Shown: piece by piece, positions 1 through 13,255 of the stretch
Layout: every line of letters starts with the position of its first letter
How positions within the stretch are numbered: the stretch's first letter is position 1
Notes under the pieces: model-generated
Told to the model about the DNA's origin: nothing
Seen by the model: only the letters and a program-made list of their open reading frames with translations
Database searches by the model: none
Position numbers and translations under genes: made by a program
Assembly (NCBI RefSeq): GCF_038025025.1
Contig: NW_027117345.1
Coordinates: 1,054,001-1,118,000 of the forward strand
Direction of reading: 5' to 3'
Source: Phyllosticta citribraziliensis
Lineage: Eukaryota
DNA length: 64,000 nt

Positions 1-3000
1 ATTTAGGTATTCTATATCTTGTCTATTGCCTCCCTCCGCGCTTTGATATTTCGTGCAGACAGCCGTTCAATTGCCCTGGCCCACTGGTCTCACCCTGCTC
101 CCGCCCCCGCCCTGCCTGACTGCCTGTCTCTCTGCCCAACACCTCTTGAACGTCTTGACGCTGATCAACATCACGGAGCACTGATGACTTGTACACAGCG
201 CAGGGAAAAGAGAAGTTACTCGAGAGACCGGGGCAGCGCTCACAGTCGTCTTCTTTCATTGTCCAATGCCTCCAGGAGACGAGTGCACCAAACGACGGGA
301 AGGTTTGTCGGGTGGACGAGACTCGTCCTGCAGATTCGACGCCGAGGAATGCGACACCTTATATACCATGCTGAACGTACTTTCACATGCGGCTGTCACG
401 GAGCATCACGGGGTTCAGTGACACCGGCTGCTCTTTGCTGCTTTCGCTGGCATGTGTAAGGTCTGGGAGGGCTCGTGCTCGTGCACGAGGTACGAAGCCC
501 TATATGAGGTCTGAGAGGCTCCGCACGCAGTCACGAGGCATCAAGCCTGTTGCCCATCAAACGCCTACATTTGACTTGTTGAGGACGAAGTTCAGGGGCG
601 TTGTGTCCATGGCTTCAAACTCAGACCGCAAAACAAGCAAAAAGCTCCATTTTCGCATTACATCTTTTGTTCAACTTTTCGCTTCATTTCTTTTCATGTC
701 TCTCCTCGTTGTACTAACCCCCTTTCTTATGCCAAGATCTGGAAGACCATCATTGTTTTGACTTGCAGGTCAGGCTTCAGTTCGTGATGAAGCAGGTCCG
801 CATCATCGACCTACGTTGTTTCCCCGAGCAGCCCCTGAGACCTACCTTTGCCCAGCCTCATCCTCAAAAGAAGAAATTCGGAAAGCCGCCCGAGAGCAAA
901 GAGTGGAGCTTGATCTAATTCTGGGCACACAGAAGAGCAGGCGCAGTAGCGCTGCCGCCTGCTGTCTACGCGCCCGAAGGCTGGCCAGCGTGTTGCGAAG
1001 GAGAAAAAAGCGGAGACCGCAAGCAGTCTTAAATACAGATCCTTGGAAGGCTAGATCATGTGGAATTCCAAAGCCACGGGCCTGGTTGTCCGCGCGCCGG
1101 GTATGAAAAGCTTCTTGATCTTGCCGATTCTTCCACTGATCAGGACGCGAGGCCAATTTTTGCCATTGGGCAGACAGGAGAAAAGCTGCAGCACCTTGGA
1201 TCTGTAGCCATACTTCGGGCGTGGCTGAGATGCTCTTCTAGCTTGATTTTCTTCAGTGTTCGTCCGGGTCTTGTGCTATTTGCTCGCGAGGGTACCCTTC
1301 ACCATGACTCGACGATGAAAATCATCACCACTCCTGCAAGAAACCACCTCAGGCTGGCCACAAGCGGCAGAGCATTATTCAGAAACCGGAAACGAAAGTC
1401 GCGGGTCGGTGGGAGACAGCCCAAATACGCAAAGTGACCACGCGCTACGTTTGTTTTCGATCGCACGTCCACTGCGCGCCGTGGTTGAAAAGCAAAGGCA
1501 CAGAGTCTGCGGCTTTTATACGTTTCGCTTTCTTTTACAGGAGGATCCACGTGCGAGCGCGACTACCGGTACGTCAGGGGAAGGCGTGACCGCTGCATGT
1601 GAAGACTGCGGAGTCCATTGTCGGCGGAGCGCCTGGGGATAAAACGCTCGTCTTCCACGCGCTGTACCGGCATCGACAACCGCGTTGCAGCCATCAGCTT
1701 ATGAGATGGCCACTATGGAAGGTAGACTGTCGCTTTCTTCGGTGCCATCCACACCACTTGGTTGGCGTCCCCTGCTTGCCTGGAGCCTCGCTTTCCACTT
1801 TTGGTTGGTTTGCGATGTCTCGCGGTCTGGATTTGCCGGCGCATTCTTCGGGGCTGGATGACGTGGTCGTCGTTCGCTGTCTTGCCGGTACGCTTCATCA
1901 CCATGCCACGTTGATCGCGAGGACCAACACCTCAATCTCCTGATCCCACTTACTCTGTGTCAGCGCCTTTGTCAACAAAACTGCTCGAGAAAAAGCAGCA
2001 CCTTCATGTGCGATCCGCAGGCAAAGCAGTACGAGTCTTAGCAAGCTGGATCTCGCCAACTTGCCGTGCCCGACCGCAGATGAACGGCAGAACGATGGCG
2101 GCGAAAGCGAGGGTTTTTGCAGTCCTCGACGTCTGGAAGATGATCTCGTGCGAGTCAATCACGAGCAGACGGGCCAAGCTGGCTGCCTGGCGTAGAGAAA
2201 GGCATGTGGTGAGCATGTGGACTGTGACATGTGGATCCAAGAGCCCACATGGCCATGTCAGGGCTTGTCCGTACGAGTATAAATAGCTGTCGTCTTCTGC
2301 CTCTGTTCTTGGACACTCCAAGGTCGACGAGACACGGGGAGCGAATTGTCAGTCGCTCCTCGCTCTCAGACTGGCTCGAGTGTTTGATGAAGAGGCGACT
2401 ATTTTGGCGGTCTTTCCTTTCTCAACTTTTTTCACAGAGTTCCGCCGCGAGTGGGTCTGCTGTTAGGCGCCATTGACGAGTGATGAATGATCTCAGCACG
2501 AAAGGCCAATGCTGTAAGTCAACAAATGGCATCAACGTGCGTTTGGCGCAGCTTTTGCTCCAGAACCAGAGGAGGCGCCTGCTCGAATTCGCGCAGGCAA
2601 AGAGCCAACCGAAGTAGAGTAACGGTCTCCAAGGAACAACAACGAGTCGTTCCAGACCGAAGGCTTCCACGAAGCTGGCCCGGAATGCATTGATGGAAAG
2701 CAGAGCGATTGGAGGCGGTGGGTGGGCTTTTATATCGCGACGCGGCCGCTCAGGCCAAGCGAAAGTGACTGGCGCGCTCTTCATGCATGTGGCAGCGGTA
2801 TCACGAGCAACTGCCAGAGGGAGTTGTGTGTGTCTGGCTTGTGTCATTTCTCGGGGTTCTTTGAGCAGTCAGCGAGCGACGGGCGAGCAGTACAAATACA
2901 GACGTGCTTCCCTTGCACTGCCGACTCTTCGACGGTTGCAGAGCAGAACCCAATTCGGAGGGCTACAAGATCTTCTACTCCGTCTGCCGCTTTGTTGGCT

Positions 3001-4262
3001 GTTTCGATTCACCGCCATCTTTGCGTTCTCTTTTCCTTCTTTTCGCTCGCGCTCCCACAGCCAAGTGGGAAGCACACCATTGGAATGCTACGATGCTCAG
3101 CAACACCATCTCTTCTCATTGCGCGACTTCACCGTCACGCCTCTCTGCTTCGCCAACTCCCGTATCCTCTTTTAACTCCGCACGGGGGCGCATCGGGTGC
3201 GAGCACAAGATCCAGACAGACAGTGCTCAAGGATTATCGAGGCCTCATCAGAACCTGCGAGGATGACTGCCAGAATTGATGACTGGTGGAGAAGAGAGCG
3301 GCGTAGAAAGACGGGTTTTATACCTACCATTTACTCACCTTCTGCCTTGGCCCTTTCACGTGGATACCAGCGCCTGTCACCGGCAGGCTGCAATGGAAGG
3401 CTCGAGCTCGAACTCACATGTGCAACCACACGCCACGAGTCGCGTCCGGCTGCCAACGCTCGAACGCTCCTCGCACGTGCAAGAGCACGCGCCACGAGTC
3501 TGTCTGCCTGTGCGCGAGGCACATGCCCCCAAGGCGGGAAGCAGTGCAAGTATAAGAGCCCACCATTGCCCGCCCTGTCCGCCGTATTTCTCCCCAAGCA
3601 GCCAGCATCAGTGACGACAGCAGAGATGGCGAGTGTCTACCCTAATTTCACTGTCGTGTGCGGGTCTGGCGTGGCATCACAGAAAGAATCGCGTCACTCC
3701 TGTTGGCGGCCTCGTTGCTTTTGCGTTTGTGGTTCACTTGTCTGTGAGCTAGAAGTCGATGCAAGGGCTGTGGCAGACACGATGGTGATGATGATGGTGA
3801 TGATGGTGATGACCCGCACTGAGAACAGGCAGTGGTGATGCGCGACATGTTTCCTCAATCTTCTATGTGGATGGGGAAAGTCAGTGGAGTGTCATAGACG
3901 TCTGTAGGTCTGCTGGATTATGCTAGAGACACACACTGAAAATGGGGAATGTCGGTGTGGGGAAGCTGCGGCAGTGGATGACTGCTCCCTTTGTGCAGCC
4001 TCGGTGCTGGCAGTATACATACTGCAAGTGTGAGAAGAAGCAGACAGAAGCAATATGCGAGCAATTGTTTGCTGCAATAATTGCTTGCACACAAAGAAGT
4101 TGAAAACTACCCCGGTGGATGTAGAAGAAAGATGGCCGTTCAGTTTTCGGCGCCGTGGACTACTTTGCTCAACTCACCTGGACATTTTCAGCAACACTCA
4201 GGCCTTGAGCGCCAGCTTCAGCCAGTCGTTGCAAGTCCCAACCGAAAAGAGTGGGAAACGGG

Positions 4263-5306
4263 ATGATTGGGTTCGCTCGCTGGGACGTAAGAAGAAACAT
4301 CGTTGCAAGCTCAGCAAACAAGCAACTGACCAAGAGACAGAGCATGCAGGATACCCGGCCGCAGAGCCGCTGTTCGAGCAGCACAGCGCGATCATCCGCG
4401 GTCCATTTCCAAGTGCGACAACGAGGCGGGACGGACTTCATCAGACCCCAGCAGGCGGACAAATGGTGGAGCTGCTCAGCTACGCAGTGGAGGTTTTTCC
4501 ATGGCACGAAAGACGTCAAATCGCTCGGCAATTACCATCATGCCGGCCGAATCATGGAAGATGAGACCTGCAGTATTGCGGCTGGGCCGTGTTCCTTCTG
4601 TTTACAGCACGGTCGGGAATGCCGCACGTACAATCCACAGGAGGCCGAGGTGTTTGGAACGAGGTGTGCTGGTTGCAGGGTCGGTAACCGTTCTTGCTCG
4701 TTGGTAGCGATCAAGGACGACGGGTGCAACCCAGTTGTTGCCAGCGAATCTGCGGAGTCAAATCCCAACGCAGTCCTCAGCAACACTGCTCGCACCGAAT
4801 TCAGCCCAATGCCAACACGGCGGGAAGGCGTTGGAGGTGAAGTTGAATATCTTAAAGGCATTCTCAACAAGGTCGCCGAACTCCAGGAGGACGCATTGCT
4901 CAAGAGAGAACTCCTGAGCAGGCTAGACGACATGTCCAGCATGATCAAGAGCCTTCAGAAGGAGAATGAGGGCCTCAAGGGTGTTGTCAGCGACATGGCC
5001 GAAGAGATCACGGCGCTGAAAGGACTTCGGGACGAGAATCGGGACCTCGTGAACACTGTCAGCTCGCTTCTCGATGAAGTCAATAGACTAAAGCGCATTC
5101 AAGGGGAGAATGAAAGTCACAGCAACGTCATTGCTAGACTGGTCAACGAGGTTAGCACGTTGAGGAGCCACCAGCGCGAAAACGAGAGCCTCAAAAACAT
5201 TGTCAGCACAGTGATCGATGACATGAAGACGGTGAAGCGCGAATTGAGGGCGCTGGAAGATGGTAGCAATGCTGGCGAAGTCGAAACCATGGACGACTCG
5301 TACTAG
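4263..5306 (+). CDS. Orphan protein with Zn(II)2Cys6-like cysteine cluster and C-terminal 24-residue coiled-coil repeats
   Basis: Long ORF (4251-5306). C-x2-C-x6-C-x14-C-x2-C-x6-C at 4590-4697 (CSFCLQHGREC...CAGCRVGNRSC). Four 24-aa repeats at 4950-5237. Probable in-frame intron ~4287-4340 (GTAAGA...ACTGAC...ACAG). Start codon uncertain. Confidence 0.7.
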   Translation: MIGFARWDVRRNIVASSANKQLTKRQSMQDTRPQSRCSSSTARSSAVHFQVRQRGGTDFIRPQQADKWWSCSATQWRFFHGTKDVKSLGNYHHAGRIMEDETCSIAAGPCSFCLQHGRECRTYNPQEAEVFGTRCAGCRVGNRSCSLVAIKDDGCNPVVASESAESNPNAVLSNTARTEFSPMPTRREGVGGEVEYLKGILNKVAELQEDALLKRELLSRLDDMSSMIKSLQKENEGLKGVVSDMAEEITALKGLRDENRDLVNTVSSLLDEVNRLKRIQGENESHSNVIARLVNEVSTLRSHQRENESLKNIVSTVIDDMKTVKRELRALEDGSNAGEVETMDDSY

Positions 5307-7514
5307 CCGACGGCTGCCAGACGGGCACTTTTGCCCAATGCAATGCATCTTGAGAACCACATGGCCTCGACAGGCATGGGGAGGTACCACGCATGATCGT
5401 ATCTGTAAGACACGAGAATGCGCCAGCATGCATTGGAAGAAGCAACGAAAACGGCGCTTGGAGATGTCAAGGTTCCGACAGCATCGAACGCTTTTGACGC
5501 AGTAAGACTGCAGGGCGCCAGTGCGCGCAACAGCTCCAATGACAGTTGACGCTGCCGTCAGCAATGCCGAATAGCGATAGTAGACGCACGAAATAGAATT
5601 GGCTGCAACTTTGAGCTTCAGTGTCCAAGGAGGACCGGCCGTTTGGTTTCCAATCCTAGGCGGTATCCGTAGCGCGTTGGCAAGTGAGGTGTTTGGTTTG
5701 TGGGCCGGCGGAGCTAGTGACTTGGCAATCTCACGTGGGGATGTATCACGCTCGGGGAGGCGCTTCCGTTTGAAAGAACGTCGCCGCTCTCTTCCGGTGC
5801 ACTTGACTTGTCCGAGGAATGGATGTCGTAGAACACGTGAAGATGGCGTGTAGACAACTGGAAGTGTGAGTTTTGAGTAGTAAGAGGCTCGGAGGATTTT
5901 GCTGCGAAGCGACAGCCGCCAACAGGGGTGATTCAATGCTAGAACGACAGCGGCGAAGACGGCGACGGGAGCGTGTATCCGGGTCCACATGGTGCACGAG
6001 TGGAAGGTGGGAATGCGCATCAGAGGATACGAAGTTGGAAACGTGCATGGCGGCGTGCGGCGATTCGCCCAGGGGAAAGGGACGGCGGGGACAAGCGCTT
6101 CTGAGAGCAGGGCGGAATGTGTCGGCTACAGGGTCGAGTTTGCTTTTGTTCTTCTCGGGAGCAGACGAGAGGGCCCGGGCGGGTCGCTTGGACGGAGGGC
6201 GAGCAGATTGGGAGAGAGGTGGCAGGCTTCATTTCCTCGTTGGAGAGATGGAGATGAGAGATCGACATGGAGGTTTTGCAGCAAACCAATAAGGCGAACC
6301 GTGGGCGACGGAGTCCTTGCGTGTAGTTGACACTGTACGACGAGCAAGGGGAGCGCGAGGTCAAGCACATGGCCAAATCTGGAGGTGGTACATGGGGTGG
6401 GTGGTGGTGGTGGTGGTGGTGTTTGGGACTTGGCGTGGCTTGCGGGCCGTCGCGCACGGAGGGGAGAGGGGAGGGAGAGTCGATTCCTCGGGATAAGCGA
6501 AGTTGGTTGACGCGCTTGTCGCTCCGGACGCGGCACAGGGCGGGGACAGGCAGTGGAGAGGGGAGCAGAAAGGGGCGTGGTGGTGGTGACGATGAATCAA
6601 TTCCTCGTTGGTGTGAGGTGAGGTGGTCAAGCTGCGACGACGGGTTTGAGTTTTGTTCCTGATGCTCTCGGTCACTCGGCAACGCGAACGCCCTAGGCGC
6701 GCCGTTTCAGACTCGAGCCTGTCCGTCTCCAACTACATTACTTGTCAAAGGCACTCGGCTTCGACTCGGCGGACCTGCAGCAGCTGAAGTCACCATGAAG
6801 CCATGATCGGCGACGGGCCTGTACATAGGCGAGCGAGCTGTGAGCGCGAGAAAGAGAGCGAGAGACACCCCGGTCCTAGCCTTGCAGCATTTGAACCACC
6901 CACCGGACCTCAGCTTCCACCACCACCAGACCAGACCAGCAGATCCAACGGCTCGTGGCGGTCCGGTGGGGCTGGGAGATTGTAACCAGGCAATGCACAC
7001 CAACCTAACTGCGGAACTGCCCGCCTTTCGCCATGACCTCAACCATGGCCCTCACCCTCTCGCCGGCTGCGCTACCGTACCTCAGCCCGCCAATAACCTC
7101 CCTCCCTCCCTCCCTCTTCCTCACCTCGCCAAGTCAGTCCGTCAGCCCAGCTTGCATTTCCCATTTCTTTCCCCCCCCAGTCCAATCCGGCGCCCGCCAC
7201 CAATTGTGCCCGTCGGGTCCTCACCTCAGGCGCTTGCCCAATCCGCCCAAGTCCCCTCAGCTACCCGCCTCTACCATTGCCTTAGCTTGCTGCACCTTCT
7301 CGACCATCATCCTCCGCTGACCTGACTGTTCCGACGTCCGGTCTTCTGCCCTCTGCCGTCACCCGCCAACTGGCATTGTCCTTGTCACACTTCAAAATCA
7401 GGTGCCCGCCTAACTGAGGGGTCCAGTATATTCGATGCCATGTCCGCAGTCCCTCCTTCCTACCGCCACCTACTTCGTCCTCGCCTGCTTTCCCTCCGTT
7501 GATCGGTTGGAAAA

Positions 7515-9842
7515 ATGAGAAGCGTTGCGTCAACAACGCTCCTGACCTTCCGTGTGTACGTCACTGCATCCCTGTCACCTCACTCGAGACCCTTTCTCAC
7601 CCTCTACAGCGATGTTCCCTCGGACGCCTTTTCCGTCGAGCTTCGCGGCTCGTGGGACAACTTCAACCACTCCTACCATCTCCAACAGGACCCGAGGAGA
7701 AGCTCCACCAACTGGGTCGGCATTTTTACTTTCAAGGACATCATCTGCGATGGTGACTCCGACTCCCCCGCCGAGAAGAGGGAGGGCTGCTTGAGCATGG
7801 GGGGCACCTATTGGTATCATGTGCGTGACTGATCCGTTGGATCCGACCATTTCCTACTTGGGAACCCTCATCTAACCACGAATCCTCAGTACCTTGTCAA
7901 CGGCGTCTACGAGTTTTGCGACGAGGCGCAGCCGTCCACCACCCGCTGCCCCTTTCTTCCTGGAGAGGACCTTAACATTCTCCATGTGCCGTACGAAGAA
8001 GCCGCCGACCTCCTCCAGGCTGCATTTCCAGAACTGTCCGCCGACACTCCGGCTTTTACGTGGAATCCACAAGCTCGATATTCGACCCCTCGGCCAAACA
8101 AGTTTGAAGCTCTGGCTCGAAAGGCACAGCCTCCTCCACCGTCTCCATCCTATCCTTCTCCCGTGACGCCGTCATGCGAAGACCCAGCGTCTTTCGACTT
8201 TTTCCCTGCGCAGGATTTCAAGCGGCCATCCGCAGGCTCGATCCGCAAATCACCTGACGGGAATGATCGACCCCCATCAAGGAATCCCTCGGCACAGTCT
8301 GACAGCCGTCCTTGGACATCGAGCGACGACAACAGTACAAAGTCCCCACGCGTTCGCGGAAAGACGAGTCAGCTTTTGCGCCGGGCTAGGTCGTTGACGA
8401 CTATTGCAAGAAGAATCAGCCAAAAGCAGCAAAAGAGGAGCAGCCCAGAAGTCGCGAGTACCCCTTCAAGCGTGCCTGAGCCAATTCAAGAGCATTCGAC
8501 TGAAGACTTGCCAATGGCTCATCAAAGAGTCGAGAACGGTCGCAACATCTCCACGTCTTGTGGGACTGTTGGATGTTGGGCGCACCAGGATTGCTGGCAG
8601 TCGCCCGGCTCCCAAACTTGTCGAAATGAAGAGAAAGTCTCGAGACACGAGAAAGTGGCTAGTTGGATGGAATCGCACGAGCCGTCTGATGACTTTTTTG
8701 ACGATTATGCAGACACATTGTCAAGGCAAGAGAGTCCAGCTACAGAAGGACAGGAGCACGCGTCGAACAACTATCGTTCAGACGAGCAAGGCTTGGCAGG
8801 GAATCACGAAACCGAAATTCAGCTCCAGCGCCGTCTATCCCGACCAATATCCAGGAAGTCTCAATCACCAATTTCTAACAGGCAATCCCTTGACTGGATG
8901 CACTTGCCAGAAGAGAAGGAGGAATTCCGCGGGTTTTCAGGCGTGGTCTGGCAGCCACAACAAGAAGAAACTGCAGCAAGACAATGTCGTGGTTTATATC
9001 CGGAACGCAGATCGAGCCATGGTCGACCTACAATGTACCCGCCCCCAAGTGATTTTGAAGATCCCACGGCCTACGCCTTCGACGACTTCCTGTATGATCC
9101 GTGGGGAGGAGTCGGCAACTACGAAGCTCAAGATTCCAACCCCGGGTTGGATTATGCGTACAGCGATGACGCCTACGATGACCCAGATCAATTCAACGGA
9201 TATCCCAGCGAACAAGATTCCGCATATATTTGGGAGCCGGACCACTGGCCGCTGCATAATATGGCTGCAAACATGGCTCCGATGCCATCTATGCATACCA
9301 CCAATTCCGAAGGTCCGAATCAGTCTTCAGAGGAAGGCGGTTCGGTTTCCTGTCTGGTCGAAGAAGAGGTGGAAAATGCTAGTCCGGACGAGATATTTCC
9401 AGCACAAGCTCTTCAAGACCGGGAATCACGCTCAGAACAAACCCCAGAGGCAGAGGACGTTCAAAAGGAAAGCCCTCCAAGTGACGACGGTTCCTGGACA
9501 GGCGCGGCTTCCAACCATAACGGTCCGCTCCGCAGGTTCAGGAGTATCATCGAACGGTATAGAAATTCCAGCTCTTCCCCAGGCAGCATCCACACCGAAG
9601 ACGGGGCCCGCGAAAACAACCCCAGTACTCCGACTCAAGACAGCGGCTTCCTGGGATACATGTTGCCGGAAGAAGAGAGCACGTCCCAAGTGACGCTTAC
9701 CAAGGTGTCGACGCAAGCCACCGTCGTTCGCAAAAACTCGTTTTCAAACGCGCCGCAGCTGGAATTGAACCTGGACGGCGGCCAATTGGGAGATTGGAGC
9801 TCGGTCACATCCTTGGGCGAGCTGGAAAACTTCAGCTTCTAA
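7515..9842 (+). CDS. EsdC-related protein: N-terminal AMPK-beta CBM-like (E-set) domain plus long disordered Ser/Pro/acidic tail
   Basis: Exons 7515-7555, 7610-7820, 7890-9842; introns GTACGT..TACAG and GTGCGT..CTAAC..CCTCAG restore one frame. Motifs VELRGSWDNF, FTFKDIICDG, LSMGGTYWYHYLVNG, TTRCPFLPGEDLNILHVP match the fungal EsdC-related family as I recall it. Confidence 0.8.
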
Positions 9843-11023
9843 GCGCGGCCTGTCGGCAATGTTTTCCAAATGCTTGGGAGCGTCTCACGACTTTGACCAT
9901 TTTCTTTGCACCTTTTTGCATTGCTCCTCTGGGGCTATCCTGCATATACCGCTGTCCTTTTCAGATCTTTTGATTTTCTTCCCGCATCCGCTCAGCAAGG
10001 CGTCGGCATTCGAACTGGCTGTACAGTTACTCGCGATGTAAAAGTATCCAATCACTGTAGCATAGGCATTATCGGGATACCTGGAGGAAGGCGGCGGATG
10101 TAATGTGCTCGACAGCGCAGGCTAAATATGGGCGGCAGGACATGGCGGGACAGGCAAGGCAGCACGACGTATGAATTTTGAGATACCACGGGAGGCACGG
10201 AGCGCTGCAGCGCGGCCGTGAGGCTGAAAGAAGCGCTCAAGCGGCGACCAATATAGCATTTTTACCCGCTACCTCGCTTGAATTTGGGGTCTGAAGATCA
10301 AGCGTCGGCAGTTTGCGAGCGACATGATCATCAGTCATTGGGACTGCGGCTCGGTCAGTGGTGTGGCCCACAGGCTGCACCGCCAAGAATTGTGGATGGG
10401 TGAGGTTGCGTGTGTTTTCGCGTGCGCCTCATCATCGTCCGGGTTGGCAGAAAAGCTCCGCCCGTTTTCTCGTGGCATTTGCGTAAAGGAGATGCGCGTA
10501 GCCAAGCCTCCATCAGTGCCACTGTGTACGCGTCGGGCTGGCTCATGGGTACATAGGTAGTGTAGTCGAGTTGCGTTGCGTCAACGGCGGAAGGGGGCTG
10601 TGCTGACGCCTTCAACCTGAGCTGGCCTTGGGCGTGTGGGGGAAGACGATTGCTGGCGATGAAGGATTTAGAGTCGGACGGCGCCGCAAGACAGGCCGTC
10701 CTCCCGTTGTCACCACCTCTCCATCATCCACCTCATCCACCTCATCCATCTCCCACCGACTCTTCCAGCCTCGACGTTGCGCCTCCGCCTGCCAGTCGCC
10801 CACATTCTTCGCGCGTCCAGTCCTCCGCCTTGCCTAGCCACCGCACCCAACTCCGCCAGCCCAGACCTGACGCCGCCCAAGAATCCACCACCGCCTCACC
10901 CTCCGCGCTTCCGAGCCCCCTCAGATCCAGTGCCTGCGTTTCGCCTGCCCGCTTCTTGCATCCTGCCTCGACCTGGCACGCCCCCTCCTCGCACGACCGC
11001 GCCGTAGACCGCCGACAGACAAC

Positions 11024-12753
11024 ATGGTGCTCAAGAGGGTTCAAAACATGCTGAACAGCCGCTTCCCTGGTATACTCGCGCCCATTATACACGCATAAAC
11101 GCCGAGGCTAACAATAACCCTCAGGCTCATCAGCGGAGGACATAGCAGACCAGGATTCACCAGAGGCCAACGCGACGAGGGGTGTGGTATGTTGGGCTTC
11201 ACGAGCGAACCCGGCCGCCGACTAACAACTGCATATAGAGGCTGTTTTGCGAATCAGGGGGCCCCAACAATGCTGTGAGTACCATTTCCCCCAAACTTAT
11301 GCAGACCAGCGACTGACTGCCCCAGGCCGAAGAGATTCAATATTTGCCCGACATCGTCACCGCCGCCGAATCCTCGCCCCAGGCCGCTCAAGCATGTGCC
11401 TATCAAATCCGCAAGTTCCTGGCCAAGGGCTACAACTCGAAGCCGCACATACAATACAATGCAGTCATGCTCATTCGCATCCTCGCCGATAATCCCGGCC
11501 CTACCTTTACGCGCAACATCGACTCCAAGTTCGTCGACACCGTCAAGGAGACGCTGAGAAATTCCAAGGACCCAAGTGTTCAGCAAATCATGAGGGAGAC
11601 GCTTCACGCGCTCGAGAGGGACAAGGCCTTTGATACCAACCTGAACCCGCTGTTCGCCATGTGGCGCAAGGAACAAATGCCCCCCGGAATGGCGCCTCGC
11701 ACCCTCAACGCCCCCCAGTGGCAGCCGCAGATGGCTGGAGGCTTCGCACCACCCCAGCCGTCACGATCACCGCAGCCACAACCCCAGAGCCTTCCGTCTC
11801 CGTCCGAGCTCTCGGCGCGCGTGGAAGAGGCGCGGACGTCGGCCAAGCTCCTCTTGCAGCTGATTCAGAGCACCCCGGCCGCCGAGGTCGATTCACACGA
11901 GCTAATCAAAGAGTTTGGCGAGCGGTGCCAGCAGGCGCAGCGCAGCATGCAAATCTACATCAACACGGCGACGTCATCATCCTCCGGAGACGACGAAACC
12001 CTCCTGACGTTGATCGAAACCAACGAGCAGCTCTCCCTGGCTCTCACCAAGCACCAACGCGCATTGCTCTCGGCGCGCCGCTCCCACTCGTCGACCAACG
12101 TGCACCGCGACTCGCAAGAGCAGCAAACGCACACGGGCCCCACGACGGCAACCGGCTCCGTCTATTCGCAGTCGGGCTCCGTCTCGCCCTCGGCAACGTA
12201 CTCGTCGTCGCCCTTTGCCTCCATGAACAGCGGAGCACCGCCGCCGCCGCATCTCCAAGCCTCGCTCGCCAACCGCTACACCGCGGATAGCGGTGATTAC
12301 CGCCAGCCGCAGACTCAGACCCAAGCGCCCGGCGCCCTCCCGCACATTCCGACCAGCAGCGGCCGCTCGACGCCCCTGATGGACCCGACCAAGACGGCAT
12401 ACGGCCCAGACCCGACCGTCGACCGCGACGACGACCCCTTTGCCGACTCGCACTCGGCGCAGTACGGCGGCGGCGCCGGCAGCGGCGCAAACCGTCCGTC
12501 GTCGACGTCGGCGTACTTTGCGCGGCAGGAGAGCGCAGGCAACCACGCGACGATGCACGGCGGCGCCGAGGCGTTCAGTCCGGCAGATGACCAGCAGCAG
12601 CAGCAGTACGCGTACGGCTATAGCCGAGGCACCGGGTTGCCCATGGGCGGCGACGTCAGTCCGGTGGAGGAGACGAGGAGGGGCGCAAACGGCAACGGCC
12701 CTGCTGCTGCTGCTGCTGCTACTACTACGGGGGAGGTCAGGTATAGGTACTAG
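11024..12753 (+). CDS. LSB5: VHS/GAT-domain endocytic adaptor, Lsb5-like
   Basis: Introns 11070-11124, 11187-11238, 11275-11325 give a continuous frame: MVLKRVQ...DSPEANATRGVRLFCESGGPNNAAEEIQYLPDIVTAAESSP...QYNAVMLIRILADNPG (VHS-like); ELIKEFGERCQQAQRSM...LLTLIETNEQLSLAL (GAT); Pro/Ser-rich tail with DPF. Confidence 0.8.
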
Positions 12754-13136
12754 GGGGTTATTCCTCTTTTCCCTCCTGTCCGTCCCTCGTTTGCCCATTC
12801 ACTCTGGCATAAGCCACCTCTTGAACCTACTACCATCTTTATTTACTACATTCCTCCTTTCTATTCTCTCAGCCGATCGATGATGGCGATAAAGCAGCGG
12901 CGCGGGCGAGTGGAGCGCGCATGCGCGAATGAACGACGTCTGTTTGTGTCTTTTCATTGGTCTCCCTCTATCTCTTCCCCTCGTTTTTGTCGTTCTTTGA
13001 CCCTTTTTTTACTACCATTTTTTGCCATGTGTGTGTGTGTGTCTGAATGTACCGTCGTGTATCGTCTGTGTCATGTAAGGTATGGTGTACGAATGCCACG
13101 AGGCGGGGATTCTGGAGCACGCGGTAGTTGGGGGGG

Positions 13137-13255
13137 ATGATGATGATCATGATGATGATGATGGGGGCATGTAGTGGTGATGGTGGTAGTAGTAGAGGGA
13201 AGATTGAGGGATGGAGAAAGTATGGATGTGTGGAGAAAGTATGGATGTGTGTGTG
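13137..13255. repeat. Microsatellite cluster: (GAT)n, (GGT/AGT)n and a 19-bp tandem duplication TGGAGAAAGTATGGATGTG x2
   Basis: Directly visible in the convergent intergenic region between the Lsb5-like and sulfotransferase-like genes. Confidence 0.85.

Noticed and set aside
5088..6682. Minus-strand ORFs of 100-310 aa
   Set aside because: Arg/Ser/Pro-rich, no motifs or consistent splice structure; an orphan gene or lncRNA cannot be excluded.
8404..9693. 429-aa +1-frame ORF inside the EsdC-related gene
   Set aside because: The host region is poor in Leu/Val/Ile/Met codons, which removes +1-frame stops; the translation is not protein-like.
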